Of a stretch of 64,000 nucleotides of DNA, positions 14,101-24,486 are shown in pieces. The position numbers were made by a program, and so were the translations under genes. Source of the stretch: Lingula anatina (lineage: Eukaryota > Animalia > Brachiopoda). Under the pieces are notes generated by a model, which was not told the DNA's origin, searched no databases, and saw nothing but the letters and a program-made list of their open reading frames with translations. Every line of letters begins with the position of its first letter. The stretch's first letter is position 1. Location of the stretch: positions 34,540,401 to 34,604,400 of the forward strand of contig CM120641.1 of NCBI GenBank assembly GCA_051362555.1, in the 5' to 3' direction.

Positions 14101-17100
14101 AAAAGAAAAAAATTGCTTAAAAGAAAAATATTTATTTAAATTTATTTATTTTGGGATCAACAGCAAAGGTAGGAAATGCCTTAATGCTTGTAGTTGGCAA
14201 AAATGCAAAGAAATGAGGAAATTGCTTCTATCTGCATTATGCAATTATTGACTTTGGGAGTGGCCACCTCTGGGCAATGTTAGACCGATAAACTGAATGT
14301 AAGTGATTTTCTCTAGACCCATAGGTGGATGTGAAAATCTGTGACCATGTCACAAAACAAATTATTGCATTACTATTGTGATAAAATAATACAGTAATAA
14401 TATGATTCATACGAGTTGAAGGCACCCATGTCACACCCTTGTGGTCAAATTTACAGCAATCCCCTCTGACACACCCATTGTCTGAGAAAACCTGCAGCTG
14501 GAGATCATAAGCCATGTACACTAAACACTGCAAAGGACTGTCATTCCACAAAGTGGTTAAATACTGAACATGAAGCTCCTGCTGGTTTTCCTGGCCTGTC
14601 TGGCAACTGCTTTTGTGAGTATCATTTATTTAGCCAGGAAAACATGAGCAGTTGTAGTATATCTAGAAACTACCTTTGAGCATAAGCTCTTAGCTGCTTT
14701 TATTTTTGAAATCATTTTGTCTTAAAAATTGCACTGAAATGAACTGAAAATAAAAAAAAATGCTTAATTCTGAAACACTATTCCAAGACTGTAGCAAGTC
14801 TGAATAAAAAATGAAATATATTTATATATTTTAACTTTTTTCCCTCCACAGAGTGCAGCAGTGAAGCGTCAAGAATGCACTACGAGTGCTGACTGCCAGA
14901 GCAATGAATGCTGTGCCTTGGAGCCTAACCCCTTCATGGTCAGCAAGAGGGAGCTGCAGCCTGTGCCACAGCCTATTGAGCTCTGGAAACCTAAAAGTAA
15001 GGACAAATACACTAGCACTAATATGTTCAGTACATGAATGGCAGTTATTGTGCAAATTAAGAAAAACATGCCAAGAACCTGCTAATGAAATAGTAAAGAA
15101 ATGCACAGAAATATAAGATATAAGTCATTATTGGACATATATTTTCTTAAAGCCACAAAATATTTATAAAGTTTCATCTGATGAAGTGGATAAGATACCT
15201 CATACCATTGATAAAACTTGAAAGGGGACTTCTGTTGTTGTTTTTTTTTTCTAGACTATAACCATGTATAAGTGCCACCTAATATGCAACAGCTAATTAT
15301 GAGGTGTGTACGGTGGTTCTTTTGTAGAGTACTGCTACTCCTACATACAACAGAATGAGTGGTGTGGTGGCTTTCAAACAACCTGTGGCTGTGCCTCTGG
15401 ACTCAGCTGCCAGGATGTGTTAAAACCAATAAACCTTGTCCCCATTCAAGAAGTCTCCAAGAGAGATATCCGCCCTGGGGACTGGCGCTGCACTAAAGTA
15501 CAACAGTAAAACGACCTGATCTAACAGTATATTTATGATTATTGGCACTGTTGGACATAAACATTGAACTGTTCTTGATGTAAAACTAAATAGTGAAAAT
15601 AAATTTCAAATTCATATAATTTTTTTTATCTTGGTCTTATTTATTTCTCCTGTCTCCATCTTCTGACATATGTCAATTGACTTATCACATTTGTATATAA
15701 GAAAACTATATACTATTCATTTTTGAAACTATTTTATATATCAAAATATATTATAAATATCATGAATTTTACATACATATATTCCAAAATTGCTAAGAGG
15801 GGGACTGACAACAAGACTGACCGGTCTCTTTGGAATTTTTTTGTAAAGCAGCTTCCAGTTTTGTCTTAAGGTACCTACAGCATTTTTAAGTTATTAAATT
15901 AAGAAATGCATTATGTACTACTATGTGGATATATATATATATCCATATAAACAACTTCAATTTAATTTGCCCCTGCTGTAACATACCATATTGATACCAT
16001 ATCTGAAATAATCCAGCTTAAAAGCAAAGCGTGCAACTTTGACCATGTGCAAGATAAGAGCTTATGACATCATTTCTTACACCTATACAGCAAGGATGGT
16101 CAATGCCAAAACATGACAAAGATAATACTGATTTTGCCAGCATGAACTGAAGGATTTAAAGGAAGATAAAAATAGAAAGATTCAGAAGAGACTGGTAAAT
16201 TACGCAGTAAGGTCAACAACATGAAGAGCTTGTTTGTATTACTCTTTGTGGTTGGTCTGGCCTATGTAAGTATGAACAATTAATCAATCTTGACAAAATA
16301 AGTAGAAGCAAAATCTACTTTAATTTTATTTCATATTCATTACACCTATAAATTTGTTAACTTTATTTTTTGTTCCATATAAATGTACTTCATATATAAA
16401 AAAAAAACGAATTTATATGACTTCTCCAGGGTGCCGTTGTACTGCCAACCAAAACAGAATGTCAGTCCAATGATGACTGTGGGGATGGAGAGTGTTGCGC
16501 CCCAGAACCGAACCCATTCATTGCAAGCAAGAGGGACGTTTTGATACCTGCAAACCCTTGGGAATGGAAACCAAAAAGTAAGACAGAAATGTGTGTGCAT
16601 GTGTGCATGGGCAAACGTGCGTGAATGTTACTATGCATGCATGAATGTTTCTGTACATAACATTGACAATTATCCTAAATGACACATTAGAGTTGATCTG
16701 TAAAATACTTGCATGGACTTGCAGTACTGGAACAACAATCTTTCAAAAGTATGCAGGGAATCCATTTAATAGGGGATTATGCAAAGAGCTTTCAAGTGGA
16801 TCAGCTATATTTGATCTGGGGATCAGTTAGTACATAAATCAACTTGGTTTTAAACAGAGCCCTAATGCCTACAAACCACAACATTTATTACTATTATTAT
16901 TTTTTTTGATGCTTTGACACTTTTTCTTTTCAGATTACTGCTACTCCTACATACAGGAAAATGGCTTCTGTGGTGGTTTCAGGACCATGTGCGGATGTGC
17001 TGAGGGCCTCACCTGCAAGAACCTGTGGCAACCCCCCACCATAGCAACTGCTATCCCTGTAAAAATCCCTACGAAAATTGATGCTAAAAGGGTTATTGCA

Positions 17101-20100
17101 TTAGGAGATTTCCGCTGTGTTAAAACAACGGAGTAACATGGAACTATCATAAATTTGAATTTTAAAAATTAAATAATACCAAACCACTTATGTGAAAATG
17201 ATCCATCTACTTCCAAGCCAATAAATCACCAGCTGGTCAAAACATTTTAATCCTCTGTTTTTACTGACTAATATCTCAGACAGATTAATTTTCTTTCTTT
17301 CCTTTTTTTCCTCACTTTCCCACTTTCCATATTTATTTAGTATGTAGTTATACCAAATAGTGTAACAATACACTGGCTTTATGCCTAGAGAAGGCATGTT
17401 AATCTGCTTACATTCACTGAGAGTCTCCATCAAGTTGGACCGACATATGTAGAATTGGGACATTGGGAATGGGCCCTGAAGCTCAGAACATTGACTATAA
17501 AGCTGTTTTTGATGATGGCCAGCCCACTCATCCTCCACCAAGGATCAGTTTTAGGACAAGACATGATATCAGCTGAAGGGATTCACACAGAAAGGTGAAG
17601 GGTTATCTGACATTATATCCATGCAACATGTTCACCGTACATAACACCTTCTCAAACCACAACTGCCACTCAAAACAGACAAGCAGTATGAAGACACTGG
17701 TGGTATTCTTTGCCTTGCTGGGCCTGACCTTGGTAAGTAAAAGAGACCAAAATCCAAGGATTTAATCAGTTTTTCAAAAAGTGTCAAGTTTTGTATGAAA
17801 AGAACTGTAACTAGGTATCATCTAAACATGTTTTGATGTCATATAATTATCAATTCTTTAAATCAAATTCAAAACACTCTCAGGTGCGGATCCAGAGATA
17901 TTTTCTGACAGTCTTCCAAATTACCTTCATTGATCCATCCTCCAATTTTGACCCTCTTTCAGAAGAAAAAAGATGATGCCTGTCAATGTAAATCTGAAAA
18001 ATTCTGACGTCTTCTGGAAGACCCAGAAGATGGCTTCTGTCTGCCCCTGACTCTCTGACAGGGATGTTTAAAAAACCCATCATATTAAGTACTGATCCCC
18101 CCCCCCCCCTCTTTTTCTTCCCTTCTTGACTTTTGTGCCATATCTCTAGAGTGCTCTGGTGCTCCCTACAAAGCGGGAGTGTGCAAGCAGTGATGACTGT
18201 GATGATGGGCAGTGCTGTGCTGAAGAGCCAAACCCATTCATAGCTAGCAAAAGAGCTGTACTACTTCCAGATAAAAGTAATCCAATGACCTGGCAGCCCA
18301 AGAGTAAGTGTAAGCTAAAACGGAACAATGTTATGGAGGAAAAAAAAAACAAAATGATATCACACAATTAAAAGTAGACAGAGCTTCAAAATATGTCCTT
18401 TTCCATTTATAATACTCATTTTATACTCTAAATATTATGCATTAAAAGTATTATGTCATCTTAATGTGTAGATACATGTACCAGTACCTGTCAAATTAAG
18501 TGGATGCATCAGTTGCTGTAAATATTTATCTATTCATTTGTCAAGTCAAGTGAAAATTTCATAAGAAGTTTGGACATGTAATAAATACTATTATTATTAT
18601 TATTTATTTATTAAATGTATTTCAGAATACTGTTACAGCTATATCAAGGAAAATGCCTGGTGTGGTGGGATTTGGAGAGGGTGTGGCTGTTCTCAGGGAC
18701 TGAAATGTCTCAACGTGATGAAGCCACCAGAGATCCTCATACCAGATCCACCAGAGATCCTAATACCAGATCCACCAGTGCCAACTGATTTGGTAGCACC
18801 TTCAAAGAGAGGCCTAGCTTTTGGAGATTGGAGGTGTGTCAAAGAAAATTGAAACCAGATGAAAATAAAATGCATCTTATTACTCTCACCATGATATGAA
18901 TCATGTACCTGTAATGGAATAAATAATTTACTCAAAACTGAAAGAAGACGTTTGTAATTACTTTAAGTTATGTTTCCAAGCTCACAGAAAAATATGAAAG
19001 ACCTCTGCATGAATGAATATTTGTTAGAATGATGTCAGTAACAGAGTGATGTCCCATAAAACATTTTAAATAAAGAGAACAATATACTAAGTGAAACTGA
19101 AATAAAGCATAAACAATGTACTAATACTAGTAAATCTTTCTTTAGCTAAACCAACTTGACAAAAAGATCTAAAAAAAATTGGTCTTAAAAACTTCACTTG
19201 GGGAGGGGGATATTTTTGTTAGGAACTTACAAGTAATACAGAGATGGCCTCTTTGACACTTAAACTGATTTTCATATCAATACATTTCTTACCTGACAAA
19301 GATACACCTTATGCAGTGGCCATTCCCTTCCCATTGCAATGATTGTAACATCGCTGTTCTCTCCATTCAAAAACAGTGTTTGGTAAATATACTTGGTGGT
19401 AGATTTCAGTTTCCGCCTGTTGAAATAAATGAAGAAGATGTCATTTCTACTGATAGAAAAGACTTGCAGTACTTTATTTTCCATGTCGTTCAATTCTTTA
19501 CGGAATTGTGGCTGAAACTGTATCAGGTTCCAGTTAACACTGATATAAAACTACATTTTAATGAAAGTAAAAACAGCACCTCAATCTTTTACATACCACT
19601 GGGCCAGAAGTAGGGTAAGGCCTCAATTTAACAGAACCAATATTATAAGATGCTCCTCAGTGACTTAAAATTCTCATACATTTGTATACCATCATTGTTT
19701 TTCAAGTAAACAAAAAGTACCTTTAATAGTTCACATTTTTTTATTTATGTGGTGTAATTTGGCGGTTAAAGCAACCGCTTTGAGTCAGTTTGTAAGTAAG
19801 ATAAAGACAATAAGAGTTCGAGAAAAATCTTCTTAATCAACTATATTTATCAAAATTACATACTAGCTAAGATCTAATAAACGGATATTAGATCTTAGAT
19901 ACTAGTACATGTATAAAGGTTATAATTTCATTTTTAGATAAACTTTTCTGTATCAAGACTTAACAGGCATAAACTTGAAGTCACAGATATATAAAATCAG
20001 AAAGCGCATGCTACCACAACTTCAAGATTTTATTTTACACATTAGATTATACCAACCTTTTTGGTGTCTGGAAATTCTGTTCTTGTACTTTTTCTTCTTC

Positions 20101-20181
20101 GGGCTGCACGTCGCTGACATCTCTCTTTTTACCTCTCTTCTCAGAGTTTGCATTCAGATGTGATGATACATAGTTCCCCAT
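5109..20181 (-). CDS. GMCL1: Germ cell-less-like BTB/BACK protein (CUL3 adaptor)
   Basis: 13 exons: 20057-20181, 19293-19416, 11738-11834, 11312-11409, 10707-10753, 10080-10211, 9749-9833, 7447-7531, 6922-7205, 6467-6528, 6129-6212, 5793-5880, 5109-5420. Motifs: MGNYVS (Gly2), TPKRRKLKSTTKYIYQTLFLNGENSDV, WPLHKVYLCQCGYFASMFSGSWRES, ALKIAFGSLY, LYVMQVEMDVYTMLKKWMFL, YCWRWTGYHFGVDL. Confidence 0.93.
7824..7960. mobile_element. MITE with ~14-bp TIRs, just upstream of nested gene E
   Basis: CAGGCCTGTAGCCAG ... CTGGCTACAGGCCC, with ATATTT on both flanks. Related elements at 40641-40820 and a remnant near 33770-33850. Confidence 0.6.
8103..9381 (+). CDS. Nested secreted 10-Cys prokineticin/astakine/colipase-fold peptide, copy E (GMCL1 intron 7, antisense)
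   Basis: Exons 8103-8147, 8622-8751, 9212-9381: MKTLIIFSAVLAVAL-GADTIRDCKTKADCNDDECCVPEMNFLLLSKRGLAELPFRPTR-EGRCVAYIQKNASCHNLGFATCGCAPGLKCNYYPDGKTKRRIPWKPGSSFCEDDTQ*. TATAAA at ~7985; AATAAA near 9466. Confidence 0.88.
8179..8430. mobile_element. Short HINE-like interspersed repeat in intron 1 of gene E; partial second copy at ~10439-10495
   Basis: TATTATCCACGCCAT..GGAGG..TTGTTTTCATTGGTCTTG is shared by both sites. At 8179 it is followed by a GTTT microsatellite and an AATTTTGATGAAATTTTCAGG core. Confidence 0.45.
11078..11283. mobile_element. MITE-like element with imperfect TIRs in GMCL1 intron 4
   Basis: ACTAAGGGTGCATTCCCA ... TGGGAATGGGGTCTTAGT, plus an inner inverted pair TAGATCGA / TCGATCTA. 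Confidence 0.5.
12182..13430 (+). CDS. Nested secreted 10-Cys prokineticin/astakine-like peptide, copy A (GMCL1 intron 2)
   Basis: Exons 12182-12226, 12721-12880, 13252-13430: [133 protein letters not shown] at ~13518. Confidence 0.9.
12344..12511. mobile_element. hAT-type MITE (168 bp) with intact 8-bp TSD
   Basis: TIRs CAGTGGCGGAT / ATCCGCCCCTG; direct repeat CTGAAAAG at 12336-12343 and 12512-12519. Confidence 0.8.
12928..13015. repeat. 29-bp tandem repeat x3
   Basis: AATGGCAGTTATCATTTAAATTAAGAAAA repeated three times; the paralogous intron of copy B has one unit. Confidence 0.9.
14570..15509 (+). CDS. Nested secreted 10-Cys peptide, copy B (recent duplicate of A)
   Basis: Exons 14570-14614, 14852-14996, 15328-15509: MKLLLVFLACLATAF-SAAVKRQECTTSADCQSNECCALEPNPFMVSKRELQPVPQPIELWKPK-KYCYSYIQQNEWCGGFQTTCGCASGLSCQDVLKPINLVPIQEVSKRDIRPGDWRCTKVQQ*. 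AATAAA at ~15598. Confidence 0.9.
16221..17136 (+). CDS. Nested secreted 10-Cys peptide, copy C (absent from the ORF track)
   Basis: Exons 16221-16265, 16430-16577, 16934-17136: MKSLFVLLFVVGLAY-GAVVLPTKTECQSNDDCGDGECCAPEPNPFIASKRDVLIPANPWEWKPK-NYCYSYIQENGFCGGFRTMCGCAEGLTCKNLWQPPTIATAIPVKIPTKIDAKRVIALGDFRCVKTTE*. Confidence 0.9.
17688..18852 (+). CDS. Nested secreted 10-Cys peptide, copy D
   Basis: Exons 17688-17732, 18150-18303, 18626-18852: MKTLVVFFALLGLTL-SALVLPTKRECASSDDCDDGQCCAEEPNPFIASKRAVLLPDKSNPMTWQPK-KYCYSYIKENAWCGGIWRGCGCSQGLKCLNVMKPPEILIPDPPEILIPDPPVPTDLVAPSKRGLAFGDWRCVKEN*. AATAAA at ~18864. Confidence 0.9.
17881..18049. mobile_element. Older copy of the same hAT-type MITE, in intron 1 of copy D
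   Basis: GCGGATCCAGAG..CTGACAGTCTTCCAAATTA..GTCTTCTGGAAGACCCAGAAGA..GCCCCTG aligns with 12344-12511. TIRs are eroded and no clean TSD remains. Confidence 0.75.
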
Positions 20182-21165
20182 AACGAATTCAATAACTGCA
20201 GTGAACCATCAATATCACGTCGAAAACATCAAATCTTAGAAATGATCAATTTTCCTGCACACGCCATGACAAGTTTGTTTTGAACTATTCGTGTATCATC
20301 GTGTCATCCCGGTGTTTTCCGTGAGCGATCTTTCGTATGAAAAGGGTAAAAACGATATTCAATATGGCAGCACCCACGATTCACGGGGGGAAGTTACAAA
20401 TGCCGTTAAAATTTGATGGTGTTTCTTAGTCATACTGTTCTATCCATTGAAGTAATTGTTTCATTTTTCTAAAGGTTACCAGGTACTTTTGCCTTTCCCT
20501 TCCACCATGTAACTTTGTGCTATTCAACATTTTTTTTACCAATTTTGATCATTCATCATCATCAGATACTCTGATAGACGGCGAAATATTGGAGGTAAAA
20601 AAATTCCAATATTTAGTCGTTGATTGAAGAAAAAATCACTTTATTCTCTAAAGAATAAGTTAGTACGTTTCCAAACTGATTTATTTGAATAGCAGAAACA
20701 TTGATCAAAGTCGCCACATAATTTTGATTAGTATTAAAACACGAGAGAGTTACAGGGTGTGGGTACTGCAAAAGTACCGATTACCATCTGGTACCAAATT
20801 AAATGTTTGCTTCTGTTATCGGCTTTTCATGTTAGGTACTTTCTGAAAGTCATTAACTTTTAGGAATGCTATAGAATGTAAACCCTGCTTCCCTCATCAA
20901 TCACGATTGTTTAATTCTGTTGTTGTTTTCCCAATCACCATGCCACTCACTGGGTGTGGTGTTCTGCTTATTTCAGCTTTAGGGAACGAAGGGGTTCAAT
21001 TTGCTATCTATGGAGAGCTTAACTTAGTCAGCTAGCTTGCAAAAGAAGGGGTACAAAAATAAGGTTCAAGTTATCTTTATAATGTGACTTATTCAGTTGT
21101 GGTGTGAAAAGTTGAAAAACTGTGTTATTCTCTTTTTAGGACTGGTATTTGATCAGATAACAGAC
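20182..21165. promoter_or_regulatory. Probable bidirectional promoter region between GMCL1 and TYW5
   Basis: Divergent start codons are 985 bp apart. Local CpG enrichment at ~20215-20410 and a YY1-like AATATGGCAGC at 20361. Confidence 0.5.
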
Positions 21166-23435
21166 ATGTCTAATTTGTTAGAGCATCAGGTGGAAATAAT
21201 TGAAGACCACTCTAAGGGAAATTTTATTCAACATATTTATCCCAAGGTACCGGTAACAGTCAATTTATGTTGCAATTTATGTTGTTAAAATCCAGCCCAA
21301 TTAACCTCATAGTTCTCTAGTTATCAAAGTTAATTGTCACTCATTGAGAAGAAAAGTTAATCTGGAGGATATATCAGATAAGTTTGATGAGCCATTCTTA
21401 TAATAATCAATAATTGCATAAAGCAGTTTTAATTTAAGACTTCTTTCCCCTTTCCAGAGAATACCAGTAGTGCTGAGAGGGATTTCCATAGGTCCATGTG
21501 TAAAGAAATGGACACCAGATTATTTATCAAGTGTGCCTGGATCAGAAAAAGATGTAAAAATTCATGTTTCTCCAAGTCATCAGATGGATTTTATAAACAA
21601 AAATTTTGCATACAGGTAAGTCATGTTTTCTAACAAGAGTTCATCACATTAAATATGGTTATAACAAATCAGGATTTCATCACATTAAAATGGTTGTCAT
21701 TATTTATTTATCAATGACTTATGTTCAGCTATAGATTATTAAATGAAAATTATGGATGAAATAAACACTTCTTTTATGTGTTTTACTAGGCAGATCACTA
21801 AAAGTAAGTTTAATTTGTTTCAGGACCTTGTCATTTAGTGAATTTTTAAAGAGAGCTGCTAGAGAAAAACATGAAGAATATTTCTTTACAGAGGTGATTA
21901 AAAAAACATGCCAATACTTTATGCAAACATTTAACAATTGTATTTCTTTGAAAGAACATGTTATTATATAAATTATATGTGGCATTATAAATATTTTTAA
22001 TTTATGTAATTTGGTAAGTGAGACAGCAAATTTTGATCCTCCCAAATGGCAAAAATTGTTTATATTGATCACATTTTTCAATTTTCCAGGATGAGAAATA
22101 TTATTTGAGAGCACTTGGTGATGACCCAAGGAAGGATGTAGCAGACATTCGGAAGCAATTTCCTGCATTGGCTAGTGATATTTTTATTCCAGAATACTTT
22201 GAGCCAGAAAAGTTTTTCTCAAGCGTGTTTAGAATATCTTCTGCTAACATCCAGCTATGGACACACTATGATGTGGGTGGACATTTCCCTTGTTGTGATT
22301 AGAATGAGTGGTGTTTGAAGATAATTAATCTAGCAAGTGTAAATATCATAAGTACAGTCTCCACAGAGTTGGATAGAGTAGGTAGAATGATAAGTTCATT
22401 GGGATTGAGCCCTAAGATTTTTGAAATAATGTCAAAAATTCAAAAGAGAAACACTTTTGAAAAACTTCATCATTTGCACTTTAGGTAATGGATAACTTTT
22501 TAATTCAAGTGACAGGAAGGAAAAAAGTGATCTTATTCAGCCCAAGAGATGCAAATTATTTATACTTGCAAGGTAAGTAGGATACATAACCTCATAACAG
22601 TAATGACAGACTGTTTTGCAAAAGTTTTTTCATATCTAAAACTTACAGAAAAAAATTGTGACCAAATTCAACACTGGATTACTTAAATTGAATGTAACAT
22701 CTGATATTTTTGTCTTTTTAAGTGATCATTTATTTATTATTATAAACCAGTACATGTTGTTGTTTTTTTCATTTAAGAAAAGGGGAATAAAATTGAATAT
22801 TTTTTCTGAAATAAAAAGCTACATATATTATAACATTACCCATCTTTATTACAAAGGTGATAAGTCAGAAGTTTTGGATGTTGACAACCCAGATAGTGAA
22901 AAGTTTCCAGAATTTGTCAAAGCAAGAAGATATTGTTGCTTACTGGAGCCTGGGGATACGTTATTTATACCAGGTAATATCTTTCCTCTGCTCATCCTCA
23001 CAGCTGAGTGAAAACTACTTAATTTGTGCAACTGAAAAAAGTGCAGAACAAGTATTAGTAATTAGATATATTAAAATAATTTCCTGGTGTTTGTCTACTC
23101 CTTCTAATGTGTGTGTATTTCTGCTTGTTAACTTGGAGCAGAATTTAATGAATAATTTTCTTTTCTCTTTTTTCTTTTCTTTTCCAGCTATGTGGTTCCA
23201 TAATGTGAAATCACTGGACTTTGCTATATCAGTGAATGTGTTCTGGAAACATCTGGAGGAGCACTTATATGACAGTAAAGACACTTATGGCAACAAAGAC
23301 CCATTGCCTGTGGGCCGTGCAATGCAGATTTTAGACAGAGCTTTAAAAACGTTAAAAGAACTTCCAGAGGAATATCAGGATTTTTATGCAAGAATGATGG
23401 TTTCAAAAATACAGACCAAAGCTTACAAATCTTAG
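21166..23435 (+). CDS. TYW5: tRNA wybutosine-synthesizing protein 5 (JmjC hydroxylase)
   Basis: Exons 21166-21246, 21458-21615, 21824-21893, 22090-22272, 22485-22572, 22857-22973, 23188-23435. Motifs: [56 protein letters not shown] (HxD), [29 protein letters not shown]. Confidence 0.96.
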
Positions 23436-24486
23436 GAGACAGTGAGTTGGAATTCTTTCCAGACTTAAATTAACTGAAGTTTTTGATAGAAGTATGGAAA
23501 ATAAAAAAATAATGTTATTTCTTTGTTGTACGTGCCTCATAGTGTAATGGTTCATGTTACCCAAGAAGCTACGCATATTAGAAAATAAGATATCATGTGT
23601 AACTTCACAGCTATGCTAAACCAAGCTACAAATGACAGTTGTTTAAATATTTAATTTATCTCAAAATATATAAATACAATAACACAAAATAATATTGTTT
23701 AGCCTCAGTTTTACAATGGAGAAAAATTTATATTTATAATATGTACAGAAAGAAAACTGTAAGTAAACATAACAATATTCCATATGCTTATCTTATCTGA
23801 ATACTTTTTTTTTGTTTTAACGTAACTGAATTATGATAGAGAGCTATTTTGCAAATCACTCCACAGTGGAGATTTTACTCTTCATTAAGCAGCATAAGCC
23901 TTACTTCAAAACTTGCTCAGTGCTGGTGGTTTGAAACCATTTCTAGTAAATTAAGGATATGACCATTTTTGATGTTTTGCCATCATGGGGACACTTGGCA
24001 TTCTACTTAAATAATGTGCATGTAAGCTCCTTCCCAAAAGTCTTAACAGAGATGTTTCTCACTTCCTTGACCTAACTTGGGTGGAACGAGTAAGTCTGTG
24101 AAAACTTGTCTTTGGTCTATCATTGACACCTTTATGTTTGTCTCCTTGTCACATTTTTCAATCTAAAAATCTTTTAATTTAATGACTTAAAGCCCTCCTT
24201 TGTTTCACATCATGCAGGATTTCCTTTTGCTTGTGTTGATCATATGTTTCTGTCCTAAATGCAAACTCCTTCATCTTGACCAGCAAATGTACCAGACGCA
24301 TCCTTAAATTTAGAAATTTGGTAATTTAAATATAAAAGCCATTCCAACTTTCAGTTTCTTGTGGAAACTGACTTCTGTCAAATATCCCTTTACTGAGAGT
24401 ACTCATGGTGACAATTTAAGGGATGCATTTTTTTTCTAAAATTGTCACTATTCAGTGGAATTTGAAGTGTTTTACATGATCATTTT

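Noticed and set aside
24070-24310. Alternative terminal exons for dachs (TYSFHPS* or DASGTFAGQDEGVCI*)
   Set aside because: Both acceptors are plausible after the donor at ~24534 but cannot be distinguished from read-through without transcripts, so neither is called.
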